From an uncultured cyanobacterium (GTDB taxonomy: Bacteria > Cyanobacteriota > Cyanobacteriia > Phormidesmidales > Phormidesmidaceae), in NCBI GenBank assembly GCA_963793265.1, contig CAWBZI010000002.1, positions 576,001 to 640,000 on the forward strand: a stretch of 64,000 nucleotides of DNA, in the 5' to 3' direction. The position numbers and the translations under genes were made by a program. Shown here in pieces: positions 52,255-62,613 of this stretch (positions are counted from its first letter, which is position 1; the number at the start of each line of letters is the position of its first letter). Under the pieces are notes generated by a model that was given only the letters and a program-made list of their open reading frames with translations, ran no database searches and was not told the DNA's origin.

Positions 52255-54870
52255 GTGCCTCCTTCTGCCATGCCGCTTAGCATCAACCGATCGCACGATC
52301 TGTTAACAACGCCAGTCATGCCTGAGCAAAAGCTAGGTCTGCTGGCGCAAAACTCCCCGTTGGCAATGATCGAATGGGACAGCGACCTGACCGTAATCGC
52401 CTGGAACCCGGCAGCAGCGGCGCTATTTGATTTTTTTGAAGACGAGGCCGTTGGTCAGCCATTAAACGAACTGCTTGATCAAAGACAAATTTCTAACTTA
52501 GGTCGAGAAGACTGGCAGAGCTGCGATCCAGCAGGTATTTTGCGCGCCCACGTATGTATTACCGGAAAAAAACTATGCCGCTGGTACAATACACCGCTTT
52601 GGATTAGAGCAGAAGAAAGACAGGTCGGGACGCTGGCAACCATTGTCGATGTAACTCATCAGACAGCGCTTTCTAATGAAGAACTGCGATCGCAGCTACA
52701 GTCTCGAACCCGCGTACTCAAACACACCACAGAGCGACTTCAACTTGCTATGAGCAGCCGCGCTCAAACAGATGCAGCCCTCAGAGCCAGCGAAGCTCGA
52801 TTCATTAACCTGGCCGCCAACGTGCCCGGCGTCCTCTATCAGTTTTGTTTACATGCCGACGGTAGCTACACCTTTCCCTACATCAGCGTTGCTTGCCAAG
52901 ACATCTATGAGCTAAGCGCCGAGCAGCTACAAAAAAACGCCGCTCCCGTAATGGAAATGATTAGTGAAGAGGATCAGCAGCGCCTAAAGGAGGCCATGCG
53001 GGCATCGGCTAAGAGCATGTCACCATGGCACTTTGAGCATCGAATCACCACGCCTAGCGGTCAAGTTAAGTGGGTAAAAATTGCCTCTCAACCGCAGCGA
53101 ACACATAGCGGCAATATGCTGTGGTCAGGCATCCTCACCGATATTACTGAGCGCAAGAAAGCAGACCATAAAATACAGGCGGCGCATACTTTCCTAAGAA
53201 ATCTTATCAACGGCATTGCAGAACCTGTTTTTGTGAAAGACCAGAATCATAAATGGATATTGTTGAACGATGCTTTCTGTAAGTTTATGGGGCGATCGCG
53301 CGCCGACCTACTAGGCCGTAACGATGCCGACTTCTTCCCCCCTGAAACTGCCGAAGAAGCCTTCTTACAAGACAACCAGGTGATTGAAAGCGGTCAGAGC
53401 TGTATCAGCGAAAGGTACTTTAATAGCTGTAAAGAATCTGTTGCAGGAGTAAATGAGCAGTCGAGCTTTCAGTCAGAAGAAAGACTGATTTCAATCGTTA
53501 AGACGCGTTTTTATGCACTTGATGGTGCGCCTTACTTACTTGGAATTATTCACGACCTGACCGAGCAAGCGAACGCTCAAAAAGCACTTCAGGAGAATGA
53601 AAAACAGCTCAAAAAGCTAACGGCTAATTTGCCAGGAATGCTCTATCAGTTTTGTCTGAGCGCTGAACTCCAACCCTCCTTTCCTTTTGTTAGCAGCAGT
53701 AGTCAAACAATCTTTGAATGTTCTTCAGATGACATTATTGCGGACGCTAAGTGCTTAATAGACAAACTACATCCTGACGATCGTGCCAGCTTCAACAGCT
53801 CCGTTGTTGCTAGCGCACAAACGCTCGCTGACTGGCACTGGCAAGGCCGTTTTGTCCTGCCTTCAGGTCGGATGATTTGGGTTCAAGGAGCTTCTAGACC
53901 CGAGCGCTGCGCCGACAACAGCATCCTTTGGGACGGCCTGCTGATGGACATTACCAACACCAAAGAATCTGAAGCCGCCCTTCAGCAGTCTGAAACCCAA
54001 CTGCGACTACAAACCCAACAGCTCACCACGACATTACAACAGCTCAGACAAACCCAATCCAAGCTCATTCAAAGTGAAAAAATGTCTTCACTGGGGCAGC
54101 TAGTTGCTGGAATAGCACACGAGATCAACAATCCCGTGAACTTTATTCACGGCAACTTAACGCACGCGCAAGGCTACATCGAAGACATGCTAACCATCAT
54201 TCGGCTGTATCAGGCACACTACCCAGCCCCTATTCCTGAAATTGCGAGAATTAGCGAAGAACTAGAGCTAGACTACGTGCTTCACGACCTTCCTAAGCTG
54301 CTAAATTCAGTCCAGTCAGGAGCCGATCGTATCCGGCAGATTGTTCTATCGCTCCGCAACTTCTCTCGCTTGGATGAATCAGAACTCAAGCAAGCTAACA
54401 TTCACGAAGGCATAGAAAGCACGCTGATGATTTTGAGCAATCGCCTCAAGGCAACAGCTTCAAGACATGCGATAGAAGTTGTGAAAGCCTATGAAAATAT
54501 TCCAAAAATAGACTGCTATGTGAGTCAGCTCAATCAGGTCTTTATGAGCGTTTTAGTCAATGCTATTGACGCCATTGATGGCTCTAGTACACCTGACAAA
54601 ATCTATCAAATAGTGTTACAAACATTTCAGCGAGGAAAGCATGTTGTTGTTCGGATAACGAATAACGGGCCACCCATCGAAAGCGAAACAGTCCAAAGGA
54701 TGTTTGATCCCTTCTTTACGACTAAGCCTGTGGGTAAAGGTACCGGCATGGGACTAGCAATCAGCTACCAAACCATTGTAGATTTGCATAAAGGTAGTTT
54801 GGAATACACTCAAACAGAAGATCAAAAGACGGTTTTTACCATCGAAATTCCGATAGAAATCAATCAGTAG
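52255..54870 (+). CDS. Soluble multi-PAS sensor histidine kinase (start uncertain)
   Basis: About four PAS/PAC repeats; QSEKMSSLGQLVAGIAHEINNP H-box, FDPFFTTKPVGKGTGMGL; no clear TM. Confidence 0.92.
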   Translation: MPPSAMPLSINRSHDLLTTPVMPEQKLGLLAQNSPLAMIEWDSDLTVIAWNPAAAALFDFFEDEAVGQPLNELLDQRQISNLGREDWQSCDPAGILRAHVCITGKKLCRWYNTPLWIRAEERQVGTLATIVDVTHQTALSNEELRSQLQSRTRVLKHTTERLQLAMSSRAQTDAALRASEARFINLAANVPGVLYQFCLHADGSYTFPYISVACQDIYELSAEQLQKNAAPVMEMISEEDQQRLKEAMRASAKSMSPWHFEHRITTPSGQVKWVKIASQPQRTHSGNMLWSGILTDITERKKADHKIQAAHTFLRNLINGIAEPVFVKDQNHKWILLNDAFCKFMGRSRADLLGRNDADFFPPETAEEAFLQDNQVIESGQSCISERYFNSCKESVAGVNEQSSFQSEERLISIVKTRFYALDGAPYLLGIIHDLTEQANAQKALQENEKQLKKLTANLPGMLYQFCLSAELQPSFPFVSSSSQTIFECSSDDIIADAKCLIDKLHPDDRASFNSSVVASAQTLADWHWQGRFVLPSGRMIWVQGASRPERCADNSILWDGLLMDITNTKESEAALQQSETQLRLQTQQLTTTLQQLRQTQSKLIQSEKMSSLGQLVAGIAHEINNPVNFIHGNLTHAQGYIEDMLTIIRLYQAHYPAPIPEIARISEELELDYVLHDLPKLLNSVQSGADRIRQIVLSLRNFSRLDESELKQANIHEGIESTLMILSNRLKATASRHAIEVVKAYENIPKIDCYVSQLNQVFMSVLVNAIDAIDGSSTPDKIYQIVLQTFQRGKHVVVRITNNGPPIESETVQRMFDPFFTTKPVGKGTGMGLAISYQTIVDLHKGSLEYTQTEDQKTVFTIEIPIEINQ

Positions 54871-54999
54871 CACTCGCGCTCATAAGCAGGTATTGCTTAG
54901 CGTTAGCCGGTTTCTGCAGTCTGAACATTTATTCAATGCTACGGGAATCCTATTGATATGGAAATTAGCACTGGGCAGAGTTGCTGTTAAGTAAATAGA

Positions 55000-56682
55000 A
55001 TGTCAATTCTCTCAGAGCAACCTGTTGTTTGGCCTACTGACAAAACGCTGTCAGAACCGTTATCACAACAATCTCAACTAGCGAACTCAATGCCTGTGGA
55101 CTCGGTAGGTGAAATACTGACGTCAATTGATAGACAGCAGCAGGGCTTGCAGTCACTATCTCAGCACCCTTCTATTTACGGCGGAGATTTGGCGGCGGCA
55201 GCAGCAGAAATTACGCAGACAACAGCAAATATGCTGATGGTCGATCGCGTTAGCCTATGGCTATACGCTAGCGACCGACAGAGCTTTGAACAGATCGATA
55301 GCTATGAGCGTGTAGACGACTTACATACCAAGGGCACAGCGTTAGTTATTACAGAGCGTGCCGACTACTTTGCAACATTAGGCGATCGCCCAGGACTACT
55401 GCTCGAAGATGTATCAGAAAGCATAGCAGCCGGGCTACCGCACATCGGTACGCTGACCCAGCATAAGCTGATATATCAAGAGCCAGGATCGCTGTTTGAA
55501 CTTCCGATTCGGTGTCAGGGCGCAGTCGTTGGCGCGCTGTGGTGTGAATGCATTGGGGCTCGCCGCTGGACAGCTTCAGAAAGAGCCGCTGCCTTGTCGG
55601 TATCTTTGCTCGCCGTTACCGCTATAGACGCCCAGCAGCAGCGGCAGCTATCAGCCTCTTTAGCGACGCATACCCGTCAGCTCAAACGAGAAACCATTGA
55701 ACGTGAACAGGCAGAACAAGCTTGGCAAGAGAGCCAGCGTTTTATTCAAGGCATTATCGATGCCAGCACGAATATTTTGTACGTTGATAGCTTTGCCGAT
55801 GGCAGTAACTTTTACATCAGCCGATGGATTAAGAACGTACTTGGCTATGAGCCGAGCGAAGTCCAAAAGCTAGGGCCAAAGTACCTTGAGCAGCTTGTTC
55901 ATGCTGACGAGAAAAAGCATATGGCCGATGAGCGCAGTAAGCTTGCAGCTATCAATGATGGCGAGGTGGTAGAGAACGAATACCGTTTCCGCCATCGTCA
56001 GGGCAACTGGCGGTGGCTCCTATGCAGAGAAACCGTTTTTCAGAGAGACAGCGAAGGGCAGCCGACTCAAGTTTTTGGAACGGCAACTGATATCACCAAG
56101 CGTAAGCACGCCGAAGTAGCACTTAAGGAATTTAACGCAGAGCTAGAACGGCTCGCCAATATGGACGGCCTTACGCAGGTAGCTAACCGCCGATCGTTTG
56201 ATAATTATCTGAGCCAAGAGTGGAAAAATGTAGGCTCCGGGCGTTCTACGCTGTCTTTGATTTTGTGCGATATTGATTACTTTAAAAATTACAACGATAC
56301 CTACGGTCATCAGGCAGGCGACGTTTGTTTGAGGCAAGTAGCAGAGGCGATAGAGCGAGCCGTAAAACGCTCTACTGATTTGGTGGCTCGCTACGGGGGT
56401 GAGGAGTTTGCGGTGGTGCTGCCGAATACGAGTGGGGTAGGCGTAGAGCAAGTTGCCATTGGAATTCAGCAAGAGATTGAACAGCTCAGTATTCCGCATA
56501 GCCGTTCAGAGGTGAGCGATCGCATCACGCTGAGCTTAGGGATAGCCTCTGTAAGCAGTACCGAAAATACGCATCCAGATATGCTGATAGCTGCCGCTGA
56601 TCAGGGCTTGTATCAGGCAAAGTATGAGGGCCGAAATCGCTTTTGCTTTGCAGAATTAGAGCAACCTCAGAACGAACCGTAG
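55000..56682 (+). CDS. GAF-PAS-GGDEF diguanylate cyclase
   Basis: DRVSLW GAF-like region, PAS/PAC, DGLTQVANRR, DID.FK.YND.YGH, RSTD I-site, RYGGEEF. Confidence 0.93.
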   Translation: MSILSEQPVVWPTDKTLSEPLSQQSQLANSMPVDSVGEILTSIDRQQQGLQSLSQHPSIYGGDLAAAAAEITQTTANMLMVDRVSLWLYASDRQSFEQIDSYERVDDLHTKGTALVITERADYFATLGDRPGLLLEDVSESIAAGLPHIGTLTQHKLIYQEPGSLFELPIRCQGAVVGALWCECIGARRWTASERAAALSVSLLAVTAIDAQQQRQLSASLATHTRQLKRETIEREQAEQAWQESQRFIQGIIDASTNILYVDSFADGSNFYISRWIKNVLGYEPSEVQKLGPKYLEQLVHADEKKHMADERSKLAAINDGEVVENEYRFRHRQGNWRWLLCRETVFQRDSEGQPTQVFGTATDITKRKHAEVALKEFNAELERLANMDGLTQVANRRSFDNYLSQEWKNVGSGRSTLSLILCDIDYFKNYNDTYGHQAGDVCLRQVAEAIERAVKRSTDLVARYGGEEFAVVLPNTSGVGVEQVAIGIQQEIEQLSIPHSRSEVSDRITLSLGIASVSSTENTHPDMLIAAADQGLYQAKYEGRNRFCFAELEQPQNEP

Positions 56683-56711
56683 AATATTAGAGTAGTCATA
56701 GAACTAGGCCG

Positions 56712-57188
56712 ATGAAAACCAATGCAGCTCGCGGACTAGATGCGCTCGGCATTGAATACGAACTGCTCGACTACCCTGTAGATCTTGACAATTTGGCCGC
56801 GACTTCGACCGCTGAGAAGCTGGGTTTGCCTGTCGATCAGGTGTTTAAGACATTAGTGGTGAGAGGCGATCGCAATGGTGTCGCCTTAGCGGTGATTCCA
56901 GGCAGCTATCAGCTTGACTTAAAAGCTTTGGCAAGGCTGAGTGGTGATCGCAAAATAGAAACCGTCGCGCTCAAGCAAGTGCAGCCTTTAACCGGCTATG
57001 TTCGCGGCGGCGTTACCGCGCTAGCTTGTAAAAAGCCATATCCTGTCTTTTTAGATGAATGGGCGACTGTGTACGAGCGAATTACAGTATCAGCCGGGGT
57101 GAGAGGGCAGCTAATGTTATTGCGTACAGACGACTATGTAAGAGCGACCGGGGCGACGGTAGGGGCGATCGCTAAAGAGGATCGTTAA
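56712..57188 (+). CDS. ybaK: Cys-tRNA(Pro) deacylase
   Basis: KTNAAR.LD, QVFKTLV, LTGYVRGGVT, VSAGVRG. Confidence 0.92.
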   Translation: MKTNAARGLDALGIEYELLDYPVDLDNLAATSTAEKLGLPVDQVFKTLVVRGDRNGVALAVIPGSYQLDLKALARLSGDRKIETVALKQVQPLTGYVRGGVTALACKKPYPVFLDEWATVYERITVSAGVRGQLMLLRTDDYVRATGATVGAIAKEDR

Positions 57189-57194
57189 ACCCAG

Positions 57195-57923
57195 CTAGCG
57201 CTGCACCAAAAACATATAGCCGCGTCCTCGAATCGTCATAATAAACTGCGGATTACTCGTAGGGTCGTTGAGCTTAATGCGCAGCCGAGAAATATGGACA
57301 TCTACCGTTTTGGTATCAGTAGCGCTACCGGCGTCATAGCCCCATAGCGATTGCAAAATGGCATCGCGTGAAAAGATATGACCGGGTTTGCTAGCGAGTA
57401 GCTCAAGCAGCCGAAACTCTATCTCAGTCAGGCGAAGCTGGTGGCTGTCTCGATAGACTTTGCGCGTGATCGGATCGATAGTTAGCGAGCCAACTTTGGT
57501 GAGCTTACTCAGAGAAGGCATTGGCTCAGGGCGATCGCGGGCGCGAGGTATTCGCCTCAAGATAGAGCGAATACGAGCAATTAGCTCTTTCGTAGCAAAA
57601 GGCTTAACAATATAGTCATTGGCACCCATTTCCAAGCCGATTACGCGGTCGGTAGCACTGCCTAAAACAGTCGCCATAATGATCGGCACGTCTGACGTTT
57701 GCCTGATAGCCTGACAGACTTGAAAGCCATCTAAATGAGGCATCAGCACGTCGAGAACGACAAGATCGATACCGTCACTGGTGGCATGGAACAGGTCTAA
57801 AGCGGCTCGCCCATCGGCAGCAGCTATCACCAGATATCCAGATAATTCGAGGCTCTTGGTCAGCGCCCTGCGGGTACGCTCGTCGTCTTCGGCAATGAGA
57901 ATTCTAAAACTTGGCTTGCTCAC
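57195..57923 (-). CDS. OmpR-family response regulator, divergent RpaB/SrrA-like
   Basis: Receiver (AEDD, VLDVLMP, VKPF) plus winged helix TVDVHISRLR..TIRGRGY. Confidence 0.88.
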   Translation of the reverse strand: MSKPSFRILIAEDDERTRRALTKSLELSGYLVIAAADGRAALDLFHATSDGIDLVVLDVLMPHLDGFQVCQAIRQTSDVPIIMATVLGSATDRVIGLEMGANDYIVKPFATKELIARIRSILRRIPRARDRPEPMPSLSKLTKVGSLTIDPITRKVYRDSHQLRLTEIEFRLLELLASKPGHIFSRDAILQSLWGYDAGSATDTKTVDVHISRLRIKLNDPTSNPQFIMTIRGRGYMFLVQR

Positions 57924-58616
57924 TAGAAATTGGGAAAATTGGTTTTTAAAGGGGATTTAAGTCGAAAGCGGTCTAGAGATTTAGCGTCAAGATGCAGGAT
58001 CTCAAAGCTAAGCCTCTATATATGACCGAGTTTTTTAGAAACGAACGATGATAAAAAAAGATTTCAAAACTTGCGTCTAGGGCTTTCGTTTAGCAAAGCT
58101 CCAGCCGCGTGTACTCATGCGGCTGGCAATTCGAAGGGTTGCATTTGGCTTAACGTTTGGCTGTAGACAAGTTCCTTTAGCCATATAAATACATATACGG
58201 TCATTAACACAAGTATTAATTGCACCTAAATCGTTTCTATCGCTTCGTTAGCTTAGATTTCTGCTGCTTTACTGAAATTCAAGCATTTGTAATATTTAGA
58301 TACAAAGTTAACGTAATATTTCGTGCCCTCGATTTTGCCTACTCTCTATTACTAAATTAAAGGTACGTGCCTTTCACCTGGCGCGTATCTTTTCGTCGGT
58401 TTTTGGCAGACGAGCTGTATTCAAGTTCCTTCTCTATATAGTTTGTTTTAGCGATCGCCGGGGGATATATCCTTTCGCGCGAATTTCTCGTGTCTTGATG
58501 CTTTAGACTTGTTTGAGATCGAAGGCAGACCGCTAAAATAGGGGTTTGGCGATTCGATTTTAGCAGTGCGAGTTAGCAGTGCAATCTTAGCGACTTAATT
58601 TCTAAAAGGAAGGCCC

Positions 58617-60425
58617 ATGCGACTGTCTCAAATGCTGTTTGTTACGCTGCGCGAAGATCCAGCGGAGGCAGAAATTCCTAGCCACAAGCTGCTGTTGCGA
58701 GCGGGCTACATGCGGCGTGTGGGTAGCGGCCTGTATGCCTATTTGCCGCTACTGCTGCGAGTGCTCAGCAAAATTTCAGACATTGTGCGCGATGAAATGA
58801 ACGCAACGGGCGCGCAAGAATGCCTGCTGCCTCAGCTTCAGCCTGCCTCACTGTGGCAAGAGTCAGGCCGCTGGGACACGTACACCAAAGCAGAAGGCAT
58901 TATGTTCAGCCTGGGCGATCGCCGCCAGCAAGAACTTGCCCTTGGCCCCACTCACGAAGAAGTCATCACCGCCGTTGCCCGCGACATGATCCGCTCGTAC
59001 CGACAGCTTCCGCTCCACCTCTATCAAATTCAAACCAAGTTTCGCGACGAGATCCGCCCCCGATTCGGCTTGATGCGCGGACGCGAATTCATTATGAAAG
59101 ACGGCTACTCGTTTCACGAGGATGCTGAGAGCCTGAAGCAAACGTATGACGAGATGTACCAGGCTTATAGCAATATTTTGCGGCGTACGGGGCTGGCATT
59201 TAGAGCGGTAGATGCCGACTCTGGCGCGATTGGTGGCTCGGGCTCTACCGAATTTATGGTGCTCGCTGAAGCGGGTGAAGATGAGGTGCTGTATACAGAA
59301 GATGGTAAGTACGCAGCGAACGTAGAGAAAGCTGTAACGCTGCCCCCCGATGCGGAGCCTTCTCCTTTTACGGCTTACGAAAAACGTGAGACACCGAACA
59401 CAGCGACTATCGCAGCGATGGTGAAGTTTTTAGACTGTTCACCGACGCAGGTTGTAAAAGACGTGCTGTATCAGGTGAGCTATGACAACGGTCGTCGGGT
59501 TTTGGTGATCGTGAGCATCCGCGCCGATCAGGACGTGAATGAAACCAAGCTACAAAATGCGCTGACGAACTTAGCCGGTAACTACGGAGGCTCGGCGGTA
59601 CTTGCGCTAGAGGTGCCCGACGAAGAGGCGCAGGCGAAGTGGGCAACAAAGCCTTTACCGTTAGGTTATATCGCGCCGAATTTGTCGGATGAGTACATCG
59701 GCAAAGCGGAAGGATTAGAGCCAAAGTTTTTACGTCTGGTTGATGAAACGGCGGTGGAGCTAAGGAATTTTGCAACCGGCTCTAATGAAAGCGGCTTTCA
59801 TGTGGTGGGTGCTAACTGGGGTAAGGAGTTTGAGCTGCCTGAGATTAAGGTGGATGTGAGAACGGCGGTGGCGGGCGATCGCGCTATCCACGACCCCAGC
59901 CAAATTATCCAAACTGCCCGAGGCATCGAAATCGGCCACATTTTCCAGCTCGGTAACAAATACTCACAGGCACTTGGCGCAACTTATACCAAAGAAGATG
60001 GCAAAGAAGCGCCGCTAGAGATGGGCTGCTATGGCGTGGGCGTTTCTCGCTTAGCGCAGGCAGCAGTGGAGCAGTCTTACGATAAGAATGGGATTATCTG
60101 GCCGGTTGCGATCGCCCCCTATCATGCCATTGTCGTTGTCCCTAATATCAGCGCGGCAGATCAGATGGAAGCTGCTGAAAAGCTGTATGCCGAGCTTAAC
60201 GCTGCTGGGGTTGAAACACTGCTAGATGACCGCAAAGAGCGGGCCGGGGTGAAGTTTAAAGACGCTGAGCTAGTGGGGATTCCGTTTCGGATTGTGACGG
60301 GGCGATCGCTCAAAGATGGCAAGGTAGAAGTGGTTAAGCGCGCTGATGGCGAAGCGCAGGACATGCCGATAGCAGACGTTGTATCAACGGTAAAAGGCTG
60401 GGTGGATGCGGCAATCGGTAAGTAA
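58617..60425 (+). CDS. proS: Proline--tRNA ligase (bacterial type with insertion domain)
   Basis: [52 protein letters not shown]. Confidence 0.97.
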   Translation: MRLSQMLFVTLREDPAEAEIPSHKLLLRAGYMRRVGSGLYAYLPLLLRVLSKISDIVRDEMNATGAQECLLPQLQPASLWQESGRWDTYTKAEGIMFSLGDRRQQELALGPTHEEVITAVARDMIRSYRQLPLHLYQIQTKFRDEIRPRFGLMRGREFIMKDGYSFHEDAESLKQTYDEMYQAYSNILRRTGLAFRAVDADSGAIGGSGSTEFMVLAEAGEDEVLYTEDGKYAANVEKAVTLPPDAEPSPFTAYEKRETPNTATIAAMVKFLDCSPTQVVKDVLYQVSYDNGRRVLVIVSIRADQDVNETKLQNALTNLAGNYGGSAVLALEVPDEEAQAKWATKPLPLGYIAPNLSDEYIGKAEGLEPKFLRLVDETAVELRNFATGSNESGFHVVGANWGKEFELPEIKVDVRTAVAGDRAIHDPSQIIQTARGIEIGHIFQLGNKYSQALGATYTKEDGKEAPLEMGCYGVGVSRLAQAAVEQSYDKNGIIWPVAIAPYHAIVVVPNISAADQMEAAEKLYAELNAAGVETLLDDRKERAGVKFKDAELVGIPFRIVTGRSLKDGKVEVVKRADGEAQDMPIADVVSTVKGWVDAAIGK

Positions 60426-60438
60426 ATAGAAGGCGTTT

Positions 60439-61263
60439 ATGGAAGTTATTACAGTTGTTCTTTCTAGCTTGCTGCTGCTGATTTCGCCGGTTGGTGTAGT
60501 TGTAGATCAAGTCGCCGAAGACGCTATTCGCTCACGGTTAGCGAGCGTAGAAAGCTTGGACGTGCGAGTAGATAACGGCCCATCTTTTCAGCTCCTTCAG
60601 GGCCGAGTTGATCGGGTACGGATTGCCGGGCGGGGCGTGGTGCCGACCCCTGGACTAAGATTTGAAGTTGCTGAGCTAGAAACCGATCCGATTGATTTGG
60701 CTTTTAAGGCGCTGCGGCAGGGTGAGGTGGTGCTAGAGGAGCCTTTGCAAGGGGCTTTGCATTTGGTGATTACTGAGGCGGATGTCAATGCTTTTTTGCG
60801 ATCGCCCACAGTTGCCCGACAGCTTGACGAGTTGAAAATCGGCTCGCTTACTCAGGCGCAGGCCAGAGAACGAGAACGCTATGAAATTGAGAATCCTTCG
60901 ATTGACTTTTTGGAGGACGATCGGCTGAAGGTTTCGCTGGATCTGGTGGACTTGGTGGAAGAGACGACGCTACAGATAGAGGCTGAGTCGGGATTGAGTG
61001 TTTCGGCGGGCGATCGCCTCACGCTTGTCTCTCCAGTGCTCACCGTGAACGGCCAGCCCGCACCTAATCAACTTGTAAAAGCGCTGCTAGGGAACGTGAA
61101 CGATCGCCTTAGCCTACAGAACTTAGAAAGTCGTGGCCTTACTGCGCGGGTGATCAATTTAGCAGTGCAGCCAGATAGCCTTGACTTAGCGCTATGGGTG
61201 CGTGTAGACCCCAGCGTGACAGCGCCAGTCGTAGCGGGCATTGATACGGGCGCTTTAGAATAG
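60439..61263 (+). CDS. DUF2993/LmeA-like protein
   Basis: N-terminal anchor, VRVDN.P.FQLLQGRVDRVRIAGRG, ELETDPIDL, TEADVN.FL. Confidence 0.75.
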   Translation: MEVITVVLSSLLLLISPVGVVVDQVAEDAIRSRLASVESLDVRVDNGPSFQLLQGRVDRVRIAGRGVVPTPGLRFEVAELETDPIDLAFKALRQGEVVLEEPLQGALHLVITEADVNAFLRSPTVARQLDELKIGSLTQAQARERERYEIENPSIDFLEDDRLKVSLDLVDLVEETTLQIEAESGLSVSAGDRLTLVSPVLTVNGQPAPNQLVKALLGNVNDRLSLQNLESRGLTARVINLAVQPDSLDLALWVRVDPSVTAPVVAGIDTGALE

Positions 61264-61311
61264 GTTATGCAGAAAATAAGCTTCTTACATTCTCCTTTAG
61301 TGTGTTAGCTC

Positions 61312-61926
61312 ATGACTTATACCTCTATCACCGACCGTCGGATTCGCTACCAAAGCTACCAAGAATATTTAAACAACGAGTCGCTATCTCCTGAGGGTAA
61401 CTATCGTCTACTTAGCACTGGAGAACTTGTTGAAGTGTCCTCAGAAGACGACCTCAACCAACTCATAGCAGTTCGTTTACTGCTGCAAATAGCTCAGTTA
61501 GAAAAAGGTGCTTTTGCAGAAAGAGTCCGAATTGGCAACAAAGAAATACAGGTGCGGCCTATTGGCGATCAGCGAGTAAATCGAAAACCTGATTTGGTCG
61601 TTTTACAGACTGAACATTTGGTAGTTGCTAAACAGGCTGTTCTACTTGATATGGTTCCGCCTTTGTTTGTCGCTGAAGTGGTGAGTCCGGGTAATGATAA
61701 TAGCGATAATTATTTGCAAGACTACGTTTGGAAACGGCAGCAGTATGAGGAGATGGGCATTCCTGAATACTGGATTATTGATCCGCATAGAGAGAAAGTA
61801 ACTGTTTTGGGGCTTGTTGATGGCACTTACTCCGATAGAGAGTATGTAGCACCTGAGCAGACCATCTCTAAGGTATTTCCGACACTTTCGGTAACGGTTC
61901 AATCTCTATTAAAAGGTGACTTGTGA
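61312..61926 (+). CDS. Uma2 family putative endonuclease
   Basis: RKPDL, P.FVAEVVSPG, DY.WKR.QY...GIPEYWIIDP. Confidence 0.9.
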   Translation: MTYTSITDRRIRYQSYQEYLNNESLSPEGNYRLLSTGELVEVSSEDDLNQLIAVRLLLQIAQLEKGAFAERVRIGNKEIQVRPIGDQRVNRKPDLVVLQTEHLVVAKQAVLLDMVPPLFVAEVVSPGNDNSDNYLQDYVWKRQQYEEMGIPEYWIIDPHREKVTVLGLVDGTYSDREYVAPEQTISKVFPTLSVTVQSLLKGDL

Positions 61927-62531
61927 TGACATATGCACTCACGCAAACTCGCTACCGCAACTATCAGGAATATCTAGATGATGAACGACTATCGCCAGAA
62001 GATGATTATCGTCTACTTAACACAGGAGAATTGATTGCTGTGCCGCCAGAAGATGACGATAATATTAGCGCCGCTTTTGTATTGGGTTTTTCGATTGCTC
62101 AGGCGACGGATGCGGCTGTCGTGAGTTTGATACGCACAGGCACAAAAGAGATTCAGGTTACGCCAGTGGGCGATCGCTGCGTAAACCGTAAGCCGGACTT
62201 ACTCATTTTGCATCCTGAACATAGAGAGATTGCAAAACAAGCGGTTCTTAAAGGGATGGTTCCGCCTTTGTTTATTGCTGAGGTGGTGAGTCCGGGGAAT
62301 GAGGATAGCGATAACTATCAGCGGGACTATGTTTGGAAACGGCAGCAGTATCAGGAGTGGAGAATTCCTGAGTACTGGATTATTGACCGGCATCGGGGCA
62401 CGGTAACAGTTTTAGTTTTAGTGGATGATTTGTATAAAGAAGCGGTTTATCGTGAGGATGAGAGGATACAATCTACTGTTTTTCCAGCTTTGGAAGTGAC
62501 GGCTGCTAAGGTGCTAACGGCTAGCGTTTAG
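61923..62531 (+). CDS. Uma2 family putative endonuclease (tandem paralog)
   Basis: RKPDL, PLFIAEVVSPG, RDYVWKRQQY, IPEYWIID; overlaps the upstream stop (GTGATGA). Confidence 0.9.
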   Translation: MMTYALTQTRYRNYQEYLDDERLSPEDDYRLLNTGELIAVPPEDDDNISAAFVLGFSIAQATDAAVVSLIRTGTKEIQVTPVGDRCVNRKPDLLILHPEHREIAKQAVLKGMVPPLFIAEVVSPGNEDSDNYQRDYVWKRQQYQEWRIPEYWIIDRHRGTVTVLVLVDDLYKEAVYREDERIQSTVFPALEVTAAKVLTASV

Positions 62532-62613
62532 CGAGTGGGCAAAAGTGCTGGGCCGAAGAGGAATGATTTTTCTTTGTTTTGAACTGAAGTTTTTGTCAGG
62601 TTCTTCGCCTCAG

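Noticed and set aside
58069..58100. c-di-GMP-I riboswitch-like string GAAAGCCCTAGACGCAA on the minus strand, upstream of the regulator
   Set aside because: The 5' stem partner and GGCAAAC element are missing, and pairing works better on the + strand; an Infernal scan would be needed to reconsider
58289..58303. Possible NtcA site
   Set aside because: Spacing is GTA-N9-TAC rather than N8
56712..60425. ybaK and proS as one operon
   Set aside because: Functionally related, but separated by an opposite-strand regulator gene and a long intergenic region
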